This document shows, piece after piece, positions 52,054 to 62,442 of a DNA stretch of 64,000 nucleotides. The DNA is from Nematocida ausubeli. Taxonomy: Eukaryota. How positions within the stretch are numbered: the first letter of the stretch is position 1; every line of letters begins with the position of its first letter. A model generated the notes under the pieces. The model did not search any database. It worked only from the letters and a program-made list of their open reading frames with translations, and was not told where the DNA came from. The stretch spans positions 397,175-461,174 of the forward strand of contig NW_026515636.1 in NCBI RefSeq assembly GCF_000738915.1, written 5' to 3'. The translations under genes and the position numbers were made by a program.

Positions 52054-53445
52054 CTAACACTTCGTGCATGGCAGTGCACAGAAAAAGGAAAAAGACGAAT
52101 ACTTCAGCGAGGCGACATCTGCTCTGCTGCTAAGTCCTCTGATGTGTTCGACTTTCTTATATACCTTATGCCAAAGGGAGCTGGCATAGTTGAGCTAAAT
52201 ATGAATTCCCAGACTAAATACTAATACAAACACTAGGAAATATTTCTAACGGCGGCCTTCTTGCCTGCACTGCATACTTTTTAATAAACGTATAATTAAA
52301 ACATCTCTAACTGTTTGAAGGGCTTCTCTGTACCCAAAAATATTTCACTGCATATTTTTAGCTTATGCACTAGTTATTCACACTGTGCACTCTAGAAGCA
52401 CCTCATTGCAGGCACAGAAAACTGAAACCTAAATTAAACTATGCCCAATCGCATGGATAACTACTCTAGTAGAATGCACAGCACTATTGCGCATACACCT
52501 TTATAAGAGAAGAATAATTCAGGTTATATAGAATGCTGCCTCTTTAAATCTTAGTCCTGCACAAAATAAAACTCTGCCAGATGTAGATTATAGAATGAAA
52601 ACATACACTTTCATTTCTCAAAGGCACAACAAAAACACAGCAGATACCCAAATTAACGCATGATAAAAATCTATTTAATCAGTGTATGGACTGGAATGGC
52701 ACGGATAAGCGTATCTGTGAATATTATTTCTTTCAGATTATGGGCCTTGCAGAATATATAAATCAATGCACTCTGTAGGGATACAACTAGAAAATGCAGA
52801 GGGAACAGACTACTAAATACTAGAGTGATTTATTTTCAGTGTTCGGGTTGCACGCATTCAATAACTAGTCTCTTCTTCCTCTTCCTGCACAGACTGCTGC
52901 TTTTTGTCCTCTGTCGTCTGTATGCTGTAGTATTTGTTAAGTATACTGTCTGGTATTCTGTTTAGCATCTCCTTTGGGAATATTCTGAGAAGGCGCCATG
53001 CCAAGTCTAGGGACTCATTGATGGTTCTGTTCTCATCCTTTCTTTGGCTAATAAACTCTTTCTCAAAGTTATCCACAAACTCAATCACCAGCTTGTCTTC
53101 TACAGAGAGAGACTCCTCCCCAACAACTGACTTCATTGCCATTGCTTCCTTTCCTACTGCGTATTTGGAGTACAGCTGACTGGAAACATCCGAGTGGTCA
53201 TCTCGCGTCATGTTCTCGCCAATAGCAGACTTCATAAGACGAGACAGTGATGGCAGCACGTTAATAGGGGGATATATTTGCCTATTGTGCAAGTTTCGAT
53301 CGATATATATCTGCCCCTCTGTGATGTATCCTGTCAAGTCAGGTATTGGGTGCGTGATATCATCGTTCGGCATAGTGAGAATTGGTATCTGGGTGATAGA
53401 CCCGTCTATTCCTGCTATCCGCCCAGCTCTTTCATATATCGTAGA
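52054..53445. repeat. 1392-bp segment, copy 2 (contains the HAP5 3' fragment 52054..52224)
   Basis: Near-identical to 50562..51953. Confidence 0.92.
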
Positions 53446-53448
53446 CAA

Positions 53449-53487
<39 letters not shown>

Positions 53488-54393
53488 CACTTCCTCTCTA
53501 GCAGCACTTACTTCTCTTAGTGCATCTGCGTACGAGCTCATGTCTGTCATGATTATAAGAACGTGCTTCCCGGTGGTGTATGCCAAATACTCTGCAGCTG
53601 TCAGTGCAAACCTTGGAGTGATGATTCGCTCAATGGTTGGGTCATTGGCCAGGTTGAGGTACAGAATTGTTCGGTCTAGCACACCGCTCTGCTCAAACTC
53701 ATTTCTGAAGAATCTTGCTGTCTCAGCATTCACACCCATTGCAGCAAACACAATCGAAAAGTTGTCCTTGCTCTTGTCAACTGTGCTTTTGTTGTTTACC
53801 AGCCCTGCCTGCCTGCATATTTGCGCTGCCACTTCATTGTGCGGCAGCCCTGCTCCACTGAATATGGGAATTTTTTGTCCCCTGGCGACTGAGCTCATCA
53901 CGTCAATTGCTGAAATTCCTGTCTGCACCATCTCCTCTGGATATATTCTAGCATACGGGTTAATTGGCTGCCCCTGAATGTCCAAGTAGTCTTCTGCCAC
54001 TATCTTTGGCCCTCCATCAATTGGCACTCCTATGCTGTTGAATGTTCTTCCAAGTAGGTCCTCAGACACTGCCATTTTCATGGTCTCTCCAGTGAACTCG
54101 GCACATGTGTGCTTTGCATCTATTCCTGAGGTTCCCTCAAACACCTGCACAATGGCCTTCTTTCCGCACACCTCCAGAACTTGCCCTGTTCTTCTGCTTC
54201 CATCTGGAAGGGTTAAATGAACTATTTCTGAATATTTTGGAGCCTTTACATTATCCATGATAACAAGTGGGCCATTTACGCTGGACACTGTTCTGTACGT
54301 CGTTGTGGGCGGAAGACATGAATCCTTCAGTGCCCGCACATGCTCGTTAAATACCTCATAACTATCCATTCTGAAAATATTTGTTTTGCTCAT
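52858..54393 (-). CDS. VMA2: V-type ATPase subunit B
   Basis: [106 protein letters not shown]. Confidence 0.98.
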
Positions 54394-55143
54394 AGAAAAC
54401 TAAATATAACTAGAAATAAAGAAGAAATATCCAAGTGACTAAACAGTAGACCAACAAAGCAAAAATACATTATATTTAAATAAATATTCCCTCTATATTG
54501 GATACTCAACCGACCCTTCAAAGAATTTAAATCAATTCCTTCGTAGAGTCACAGAGAAGATAATAAATAGAATATGCCATTGTAATTAGAAGTAATACAC
54601 ATAGTGCAGTAAAATGCATAGTTTTAACTTGCAAGAAGTGTTTCCGTCAGTATACCTGGGTATATGGCCTGCATATTTATAGTGCAAAGAGTATGAATAA
54701 AGGCATTATATTGTATGTAGTTGCTGGAACTATTATTACCCAGAAGGATACACCTCTGGATAGTATTAGTAGAATTCTAGCACACTTTACTTTGTTTAAT
54801 CTTGTAATTATGAAATATATTCTATTTAAAACAATTGCAATGAATATCTTTATTTAAGAGAAAGACGCAAGTGGTCTCTGTACTGTCCATAACAGAATTA
54901 TTATATTTAGTATTTTGGGGAATTTTAATGAATTTATAGAATTCTGCGTATATTAATTAGCTGAAATGCAAATATTTTAAATGCAAAGACGCTTTGAAGA
55001 GCTTCTCTGGGCAATTGAAGATAAGATAAAGGATAGCTCAGTTGATATTTCCAAGGAAATAGTGCAGCTTGAGCTTTCTGTTCTAGAAACATTGGATTGT
55101 TCAGATTGATAGAAGAAACAGAAAACTATAAACTATTCTTTAT

Positions 55144-58100
55144 TTACTGATGGGCCTGCGGATTCTTTTTATCTTTTATCGATTTAAGAATAGAGTACAC
55201 CTCTCCTGCTTTGTATACAAAGTTGTTCTCTTGGACATATTTAATAAGTGATTTCCATGTTGGATCCTGCTGTAACAGAGACATGCTGCCGACTATTATT
55301 ACTGTGTACCGCGCACGTGTAAGAGCTACATTCATTCTGCGAATGTCATTCAAGAATCCTATTTTCTTGCTACGTACAGTGGAGATAATAATGCAGTCTT
55401 TCTCTTGGCCCTGGAACCCATCAACGGTGGAGATATCCATTCCTTTGATGACTTTCTTCAGCTGGCCAACCTGTCCTTTGTATGGACTGATTATTCCCAC
55501 TGTGTCATATGCCTTTGCAGCCATAGAAGAGAACTGCAGAATCACATTAATCTCTTTTCTGTTAAAAATGTCTTTTCCTTCAGTCTCTTCTGTTCCAGAT
55601 GCATCTATAAACGCAAAGGGAAGCTCAGACTCAAGAGACACACCATCCCTCAATCTGTTTTCATAGAACTGCATGCTTACAAACTTAGAAATGATAGAGT
55701 TCATTCTGTACTGAGTGTCCAGAAGGATGGGAGTGATTGATTCTGAGAGCCTCTCGAAAAGTGTGACTGAAAGGTCCTTTGACTGAGAAATAATTGTTGG
55801 GGGCAGCTGCATTGGGTCACCGACAAGAATTATCCGGGTAGGGGCTGTTCTAAGTGGAATAAGAGTGCTGGGTTCTGTGGCCTGGCAAGCTTCATCAATT
55901 ATTAAAACATCAAAAGGAGACTGATTGAAAACAGATGATCCAGCCATGGAGAGAGTGCAAAATACCAGTTGTGCACGGTTTATCTCATCCTTATTTTCCT
56001 TCCTAGAGGGTTCCCTAACTGACGCAAATTTATCATTTGAAGCACTGGTGTATGATACATTTGGACTGGTGTGTTCACTTTCTCTAGTTTTTTCTGTCTT
56101 CAGCTTATTCTTCGGGTCTGTAGAATAGTTGCTTGGAGTGGTCTGCACGTTAATGCTCTGGACCAAAGAAGGGCTGTTCTGAAGGTTTTCCATCAGTTCA
56201 CCTTTATTTACTACTGCCTCATCTCCTTCATCACATATTCTGTTTCCACTTATGCTTATGCGTATCCACTTGCAGTCTGGAATGGTTTTCCATATTGACC
56301 CACTCTCTACAAGCATGTCCACTGCAGCATTACTGGGAGCGCACACAAGAACCCTGCAGTTCTGCAGAAGGAAGTATGCAATCATGCTGGAAACAGTCTT
56401 TGTCTTTCCCGTTCCAGGAGGCCCCTGAATCAGAGTTATATTCTTCTTCAGGGCAGTGCTTACAGCCACCTGCTGACTTTTGTTCAGTTGATCATAAAAG
56501 GCAGAGACCAAAGGATGCCCTGCAGAAAGCATTCTAGCGCATGGTGCACTGAGTATATTTGGCGAGGTGCCAGTGCGCCCCAGTGCATGCATCTGGGAAA
56601 GCGAAAGACCCTCTGCTGTAGACGATTCTTTCTCATCGCACTTGGCGGGATTGAGCATTTTATGCCGAAGATGCAGCTGCTGCAGCCTGATCAGGCCATC
56701 ATATTCCCGCATGCTGGGCGTGATATTTATAAGAGGCTGAATGCTTATTTTATAATATCTGCCCTGCATCTCCAGTGTTTTTGTGCACACCATTATATCA
56801 TACTGTCCTTCTTTTTCATAAATCACCAGGCCCGTACAACTTTGTGTGTCCTGCCCATCATTCTTATTGAATATCGTTACAATATCATTTATGAAAAGCG
56901 CGTGCTTATTCCTGGTGTAGACAGTGAGGGTCGTAGTTCTGGCTTCATCGTGTTTTCCAACAATAAGTCCATCGATGGCTTTTCTCCCAATGTTATCTGC
57001 TGCAATGTTTGCCTGGATAGAAGCAATTGACTCTTTTATCACAAGCGGCGAGTATGTTGTAAAGTACTCCAAGAACGTGCTATATGTAGGCTTTACTGGA
57101 AGATAATTTGAAGGCTCTTCGTTCCGGAGGAGTGAAAGAATAAAGTCTCTGTTTGTCTGAATCTCTTGTCTCACTTTGTTAATTGGCTTCTGCCATGTAG
57201 TGATATTTTGCGTCTGCGGAATAAAGAGTATGTCTTTCGTGGTGCTCTCCACTGTATGCTCTTTTTTCTTTTCGAGTATCCTTTCAGCCCTTTTAAAAAG
57301 CCTTTTCATTGCCTCATCCTCCTTTAGGTTGTTTTCCTTCTGAATTCTCTGAATGTCATTCATCACTGATTTGATAATTAGCTTGTTGTCGCGTGCTAGC
57401 AGCAAGTACTTGTCAAACAAGTTTTTCAGAAAAGTCATTTTCAGATTGATTTTCAATGATCTCTTCAGATTTAGCTTGCGAATCCATGTAAAATCAATCT
57501 CTGTTGTGTCACTAGTAATTGTATCCAGGTGCAGCACAATATAGTTAATCTGGGACAAAACCGGGTCTATAATGGGCATCTGCACCATCTCATACAGCAT
57601 GTTAAGAATATTGCACTCCTCAGATATATTCTCGTCTGTCTGAGGACTGTTTTCTACTGCAGAGAACTTATACTCTGTGTCTTTCTTGCTCACTCTGTTT
57701 GTGATGTAGCTATTGATATATTTCTCAATAACTCCGCAAAGACCCTCCATTCCCTCTGGAATGTTTCCTGTGCACTCGTAAAAGCATGTGCATTCTTTGA
57801 TTAGATCAAGAAGAATTTCAATTTTCACTGGCTCCGTGTGGTCCGAGTACTTCTTATTAAGCACGGCCGCAATGATAACGCGGTCTCTTTCGTCTGCGGC
57901 AGATCTATCCAGACGGCCCAGCCTGCTGCCAACCGTCATGGTTAGACTCTCCATGAACTCACTCATTATAGCTGTATTCTTGCTATACTTTGTTGTGATC
58001 CTTGTGTTTAGATGGAAAAACAGCAGGTGGACAAATGCCGAAACTGTATAGTCAGAATGCACTGACATCCTGTCTCTCCACAGCTTGCAGCTGCAGATTA

Positions 58101-59256
58101 TAATGGCTTCTGTTTCCTCTGCACCTAAGTCCATGTAATCAGCTCTAACGATTTTTTCAATTTTCCCAGGCGAAATCTCCTGGGTTCTTATCTTATACGT
58201 ATTTATCAGAGCAACCGTGTCAATCACCAGCGATCGAATCATAGCATTGTACGGAGTCTGCAGATTTGTAGACACTTTGTATTCTGCCTGTGCCAAAACA
58301 TACTCCAGCAGCCCATATCTAAATAGATCCAGAAGGGAAACCCCCTTGTACATGTACATTTCCACTACCGAGGCATACAGTCTTTTCCTAATTGTGCCAT
58401 TATTTGATAAAAGCCCGCTTTTCAATATGGAGAGCTTCAAGTGCTTGCAAATATCTATTTTTATGCCTAGCTCAAGCATCTCCCACGTGGTAAACAGAAG
58501 CATCATTTTTATGTCAGATGTTTCCTGCCTGTTTTTCGCCAGAAATAGATGCAGCTGCATGTTTGTTATCTCATACAGCAGCTTTGTTATAAGGTCTAGA
58601 GCAACTTTGTTGCTTCTCTTTACCTCGCCAGTTATACTCACCTCTCCTGCAACCAGCACCTTGTATATGTTAAATTTTATGGAAATTTCACCGGACAGGC
58701 TGTTGAGTCTTTCCTCAAAAAGGGCATAGTGCGGGTGGATTAATGACCCGCCTAAGACAGCAAAAATAAAAAGAGACTTCAGAAAGTTTCTCTCTTTATG
58801 CCTGGATGTCTCCTGCACTATTTCCTTGTGTATTTTATAAAAAAAAGTTCCTCCTGTGACCATTCCACTCAAATAGTTTGGCGTATTGTATAACTCACAC
58901 ACATTTATAATGCACCACTCTTTCAGAGTTTCTTCCCCTGAAAAGAGGAATACGATGGAAATTAGCGGTGTGGGTGGGATTAGCCGTATAAGCTTGTTCT
59001 TTTCTATAAAAGTCCTGAAGGGCCCTCTGAGAACAGAGTTATCTCTGGCTAGCTCCATCCACATGTACTCTGCTAGCTCAAGAAATGAGTCTGTCGAGCC
59101 ATGAAGCAGACCCTGCCGAATGTTTTCTATTTCAAGCGGTACATCCATGCCAACTAACTGTGAAAAGTCTTCGGTCATTCTATATCTTCGAATCTTCTTA
59201 AGAGTTTCATTCGGGTGATCTACTTTGTGTATGTCTTTACATAGTGGATCTGGCAT
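55144..59256 (-). CDS. SEN1: Sen1-like SF1 (Upf1-family) RNA/DNA helicase
   Basis: LIQGPPGTGKT, VLVCAPSNAAVD, FCTLS, IIDEACQATEPSTLIPL, LVGDPMQLPPT, LDTQYRM, VDGFQGQEKD, RRMNVALTRAR. Long helical N-terminus and YSPLVIKE/TPSMREY are Sen1-like; no Upf1 CH domain. Confidence 0.85.
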   Translation of the reverse strand: MPDPLCKDIHKVDHPNETLKKIRRYRMTEDFSQLVGMDVPLEIENIRQGLLHGSTDSFLELAEYMWMELARDNSVLRGPFRTFIEKNKLIRLIPPTPLISIVFLFSGEETLKEWCIINVCELYNTPNYLSGMVTGGTFFYKIHKEIVQETSRHKERNFLKSLFIFAVLGGSLIHPHYALFEERLNSLSGEISIKFNIYKVLVAGEVSITGEVKRSNKVALDLITKLLYEITNMQLHLFLAKNRQETSDIKMMLLFTTWEMLELGIKIDICKHLKLSILKSGLLSNNGTIRKRLYASVVEMYMYKGVSLLDLFRYGLLEYVLAQAEYKVSTNLQTPYNAMIRSLVIDTVALINTYKIRTQEISPGKIEKIVRADYMDLGAEETEAIIICSCKLWRDRMSVHSDYTVSAFVHLLFFHLNTRITTKYSKNTAIMSEFMESLTMTVGSRLGRLDRSAADERDRVIIAAVLNKKYSDHTEPVKIEILLDLIKECTCFYECTGNIPEGMEGLCGVIEKYINSYITNRVSKKDTEYKFSAVENSPQTDENISEECNILNMLYEMVQMPIIDPVLSQINYIVLHLDTITSDTTEIDFTWIRKLNLKRSLKINLKMTFLKNLFDKYLLLARDNKLIIKSVMNDIQRIQKENNLKEDEAMKRLFKRAERILEKKKEHTVESTTKDILFIPQTQNITTWQKPINKVRQEIQTNRDFILSLLRNEEPSNYLPVKPTYSTFLEYFTTYSPLVIKESIASIQANIAADNIGRKAIDGLIVGKHDEARTTTLTVYTRNKHALFINDIVTIFNKNDGQDTQSCTGLVIYEKEGQYDIMVCTKTLEMQGRYYKISIQPLINITPSMREYDGLIRLQQLHLRHKMLNPAKCDEKESSTAEGLSLSQMHALGRTGTSPNILSAPCARMLSAGHPLVSAFYDQLNKSQQVAVSTALKKNITLIQGPPGTGKTKTVSSMIAYFLLQNCRVLVCAPSNAAVDMLVESGSIWKTIPDCKWIRISISGNRICDEGDEAVVNKGELMENLQNSPSLVQSINVQTTPSNYSTDPKNKLKTEKTRESEHTSPNVSYTSASNDKFASVREPSRKENKDEINRAQLVFCTLSMAGSSVFNQSPFDVLIIDEACQATEPSTLIPLRTAPTRIILVGDPMQLPPTIISQSKDLSVTLFERLSESITPILLDTQYRMNSIISKFVSMQFYENRLRDGVSLESELPFAFIDASGTEETEGKDIFNRKEINVILQFSSMAAKAYDTVGIISPYKGQVGQLKKVIKGMDISTVDGFQGQEKDCIIISTVRSKKIGFLNDIRRMNVALTRARYTVIIVGSMSLLQQDPTWKSLIKYVQENNFVYKAGEVYSILKSIKDKKNPQAHQ

Positions 59257-60515
59257 AAATAAAAATTCTGCAAATTCGAGTACTTAAAACATAGATATTC
59301 TTTAGAATGGGTCTATATCATAGACCCAATAAAACGAACCCCATAGAATCTATTTGTAAATAAAGAGCGCAGCCCACAAATAAAATATTTGCCGGTAAGA
59401 ATTTCTTGCTGCTGCTCTTGAACTTTCTTTTAGTTATATGGGGTATTTTTGCATACACCAAGTAGAATGATTATATTTTGATTGAGCCATTAATTTCATA
59501 AGATTCAATTGTCTCTGTGCATTTGTTGCCTTCTAGCTGCATAAAGAATGCAGCTTCATTTTGGTGATCATTTTCTTCTTCTTGGCCTCTGCCAAAATAA
59601 AGAGTTCTTTTTGGTGCTATAGCCCCGTACGAGAACCCAAAATAAATTTATAGCCTACTACTGCAATGAGCCTAGGCACAGTTCTAGATTAGGATATTAA
59701 TTAAGGCAAAGGGAATTAGAATATAAGAGGACTAATCTGCTCAATACCATAGCAAGAAAGTTAACACTCATGCACTCCTGCATTTGCAAGGTGTGTAAGA
59801 ATATTTCACTAGTATCCCTTTATCTATAGGTGCATCTAAAGTAATTAAAAGACAGTTTAACTGATTTCATGAAGAAATAATGCGAGTGCTATTTGCATAT
59901 TTCTTCTGAATATTCTTATAGATCCTAGGCAAATGAAGTCTGCTTATATACATACAATTAAGAACATTATAAGCTGCCTATGCTCTCTTTGAATTATGTC
60001 TTTTATATGCACTATTTCCATCTATGGAGTCTTAAATTTCACTAATAGACTTAATGTATTATATGCTAAAAGGGCTTCTATAGTACTACTTTCTATACTG
60101 CTCATTCAAACATATATGCCCTAATTGCCTCTTTTAGGAAACTTATATAATTTGGAAGAACTTTTCTTCACGAACTTCCAAATACCCTATATAATGATAT
60201 ATCTCTATAACGCAGCCTTATTTAATAATGCTTCTATCTTTTGATCTATCTGGGTTTATCTTTCCTAAGCTTAATTAGACTAAGTTTCATTCTATTTCTA
60301 GCCTAAAAATCTTTTTAAAAAAGCATCTTCAGAAGCACTATATCCAATATAATATTCAAGAAATTAAATAAGCAGCAAGGATCTTACATACAAATAAATA
60401 TTAAAAATACAATTTCTGTCTAGACTGCCATATAACCACGCCCAAATGTGAAAATACTTGAATACTGTACACTTTTTATTATGTTTTTTTAAATATCCCA
60501 AGCCATGCGTATGGC

Positions 60516-61343
60516 TTAATTTAACCATGTCTCCAAATACGGGGTTGGCAGAAGGTCCTTTATTGCCTCTAACTCTGCTTCGCTTAAAACACTTTCAATA
60601 GACTCTATTCCAATTGGAGGTGCTTCCTTTATCTCTTCCATTTCACTTGGTATGTCTTTGCATATGGTTTTAAACCTATTTCTCTTCTCTAGTAGGTCCT
60701 CTAGTTCTTGGCAGTAATTCGTGTCATCCTCTTTCTTCTTCTTCTTTTTTATTTTCTTGAAGAGTGTTTCTATGTTGTTATCTATCTTCTCCAGCAGCGA
60801 ATAGTAGAAAGAGTGGCCTAGATATTCGCTTTTTGCTTGAATTATCTTTTCTTTGTTGCTTCTGTTCATTTTCTCAACCTTTTTCAAAAGCTCAAAGTAG
60901 TTCTCTGCTTGCTGCGAATTTTTTGTCTCTGACTCATCCACTATGCTACTTAGAATGTTCATAAGGCCATCGTTGATGCTCTGCGGGTGCTCAAACTTAT
61001 TGGATATTCTTCTGTTTCTTTTTTCTTCGTCTAGTATTTCTATTGTGCTTAGGTCTACAGTATCAATCAGCGACCCAACCAGGCTATTCAGCACTGTTTT
61101 ATTTTTTCTGTTCATCTTTGGCTTCTTGTATTTTATTTCTTCAGCAAGCGGGGCGTTTATGCTTTCCAGCAAGCTGTAGGTCTCCTCGGTTGGGGATTTA
61201 AGATACTCGTATACGTATGTGTTTAGTGCTGTGTTTGTTAGAATAAAGCCTTCGGGTGGCTTGGTGCCCTGAGTTCCCTTTACTGTTTGGGTATTTTTGC
61301 CATTTTTTGTGGGCGACTGTACCTCTGAGGACTTGCCATGCAT
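60516..61343 (-). CDS. Putative Ada3/Ngg1-like SAGA HAT-module subunit
   Basis: LKKVEKMNRSNKEKII..YYSLLEKIDNNIETLFKKIKKKKKK..LEDLLEKRNRF resembles the recalled Ngg1 C-terminus (YSSILEDLDKQIDQAYVKR..KKRKK..LKSLLDKRQRW). LNSLVGSLID resembles LTQRLLQALVE. Confidence 0.55.
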   Translation of the reverse strand: MHGKSSEVQSPTKNGKNTQTVKGTQGTKPPEGFILTNTALNTYVYEYLKSPTEETYSLLESINAPLAEEIKYKKPKMNRKNKTVLNSLVGSLIDTVDLSTIEILDEEKRNRRISNKFEHPQSINDGLMNILSSIVDESETKNSQQAENYFELLKKVEKMNRSNKEKIIQAKSEYLGHSFYYSLLEKIDNNIETLFKKIKKKKKKEDDTNYCQELEDLLEKRNRFKTICKDIPSEMEEIKEAPPIGIESIESVLSEAELEAIKDLLPTPYLETWLN

Positions 61344-62442
61344 AAAAAACAAAAGATAGAATTATTTAAAAGAGTAAATGCTCAGATAATACTGTACACT
61401 CTTTAAAAAGATGTTATTTCTTGGTTAATATATGCTGCTGCACTTAAGATACTTTATAATGCTTTTCCTTACCTACATAGGTTCTTATTATTTTCAGATA
61501 AATAATTAAGATTCAAGCTTTCAATAATTCCAAAATATAACCAGAATGCTCTGATCAAATATCATATATACAGATGATCTGCAGATACTTGCAAACTTTC
61601 TGCTTTTTGCAATTTATCTTTGTCTTAGCATATTCCATATACATAAATCGGGTTATTACTAGTAGAAGTATAGAAATCCTGCACTTTTTGTGCACCTGGA
61701 ATCCTGACTTGCTATTTTTATTTTCCTGTGTACAGTCTCTCTAATTATACACTAGAATCACCACATAGCCATAGATGCTAAACAATTTGTTAAAATGGAA
61801 ATAACACACTAAAATACACATGTATGTGGATAAAGGCATTCAATGGCTTCTGCTGAAGACCTAATAACGCACAAAATATTGCTCTATTATTTTTAACTAC
61901 TTAAACGATTGCATACATTCTGTAAAGCACATCTGAATCTTCTTCTGTGCACACATTCAATAGTCATATGCTATTTTCTTCTATATCCTTTGTCATTTCT
62001 ACTCTATAAAATATACTATGCTATTCCTATTAATATATGCTGTCTGTATATGTATACCTGTGATATAAATCTGCCTGTTGCAATATTCCTTCTATAAGTG
62101 GTATAAATTGGACAGAACAAAGAGATTCAAGGATAGTTGTATCTCTGCCTCTATACTGCATGATTGACATGTTTTCAATCTTTATGTACTTTTTGCTTTG
62201 TAGAAAAATAAAACTCTACGAAATTCTGGTTATATGTATGCTTTCTTCTCTGAATGCAGAAATAAAAGGAAAAATAGTTGTAAGAACACAAAATCAGAGC
62301 TATATAAAATGGTAAACCAGAGAATACCACACAAAAGAAAGAGACAACAATATGCATTTAGGACATAAATCATAAAGACAATGCATTTACCATTTATTAA
62401 ATGCCATAAAGCGGCAGTGCAACAGGGCTAAGCAAAGAGCAA

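Noticed and set aside
51366..52224. ORFs spanning the N gap (apparent HAP5/VMA2 chimeras) and a true tandem gene duplication
   Set aside because: These arise from translating through Ns. The duplicate ends coincide with the gap and differ only by allelic-level, synonymous changes.
59308..59328. Perfect 9-bp hairpin TGGGTCTAT-ATC-ATAGACCCA upstream of SEN1
   Set aside because: A single short inverted repeat is plausible by chance in 64 kb, and no ncRNA family features are recognisable.
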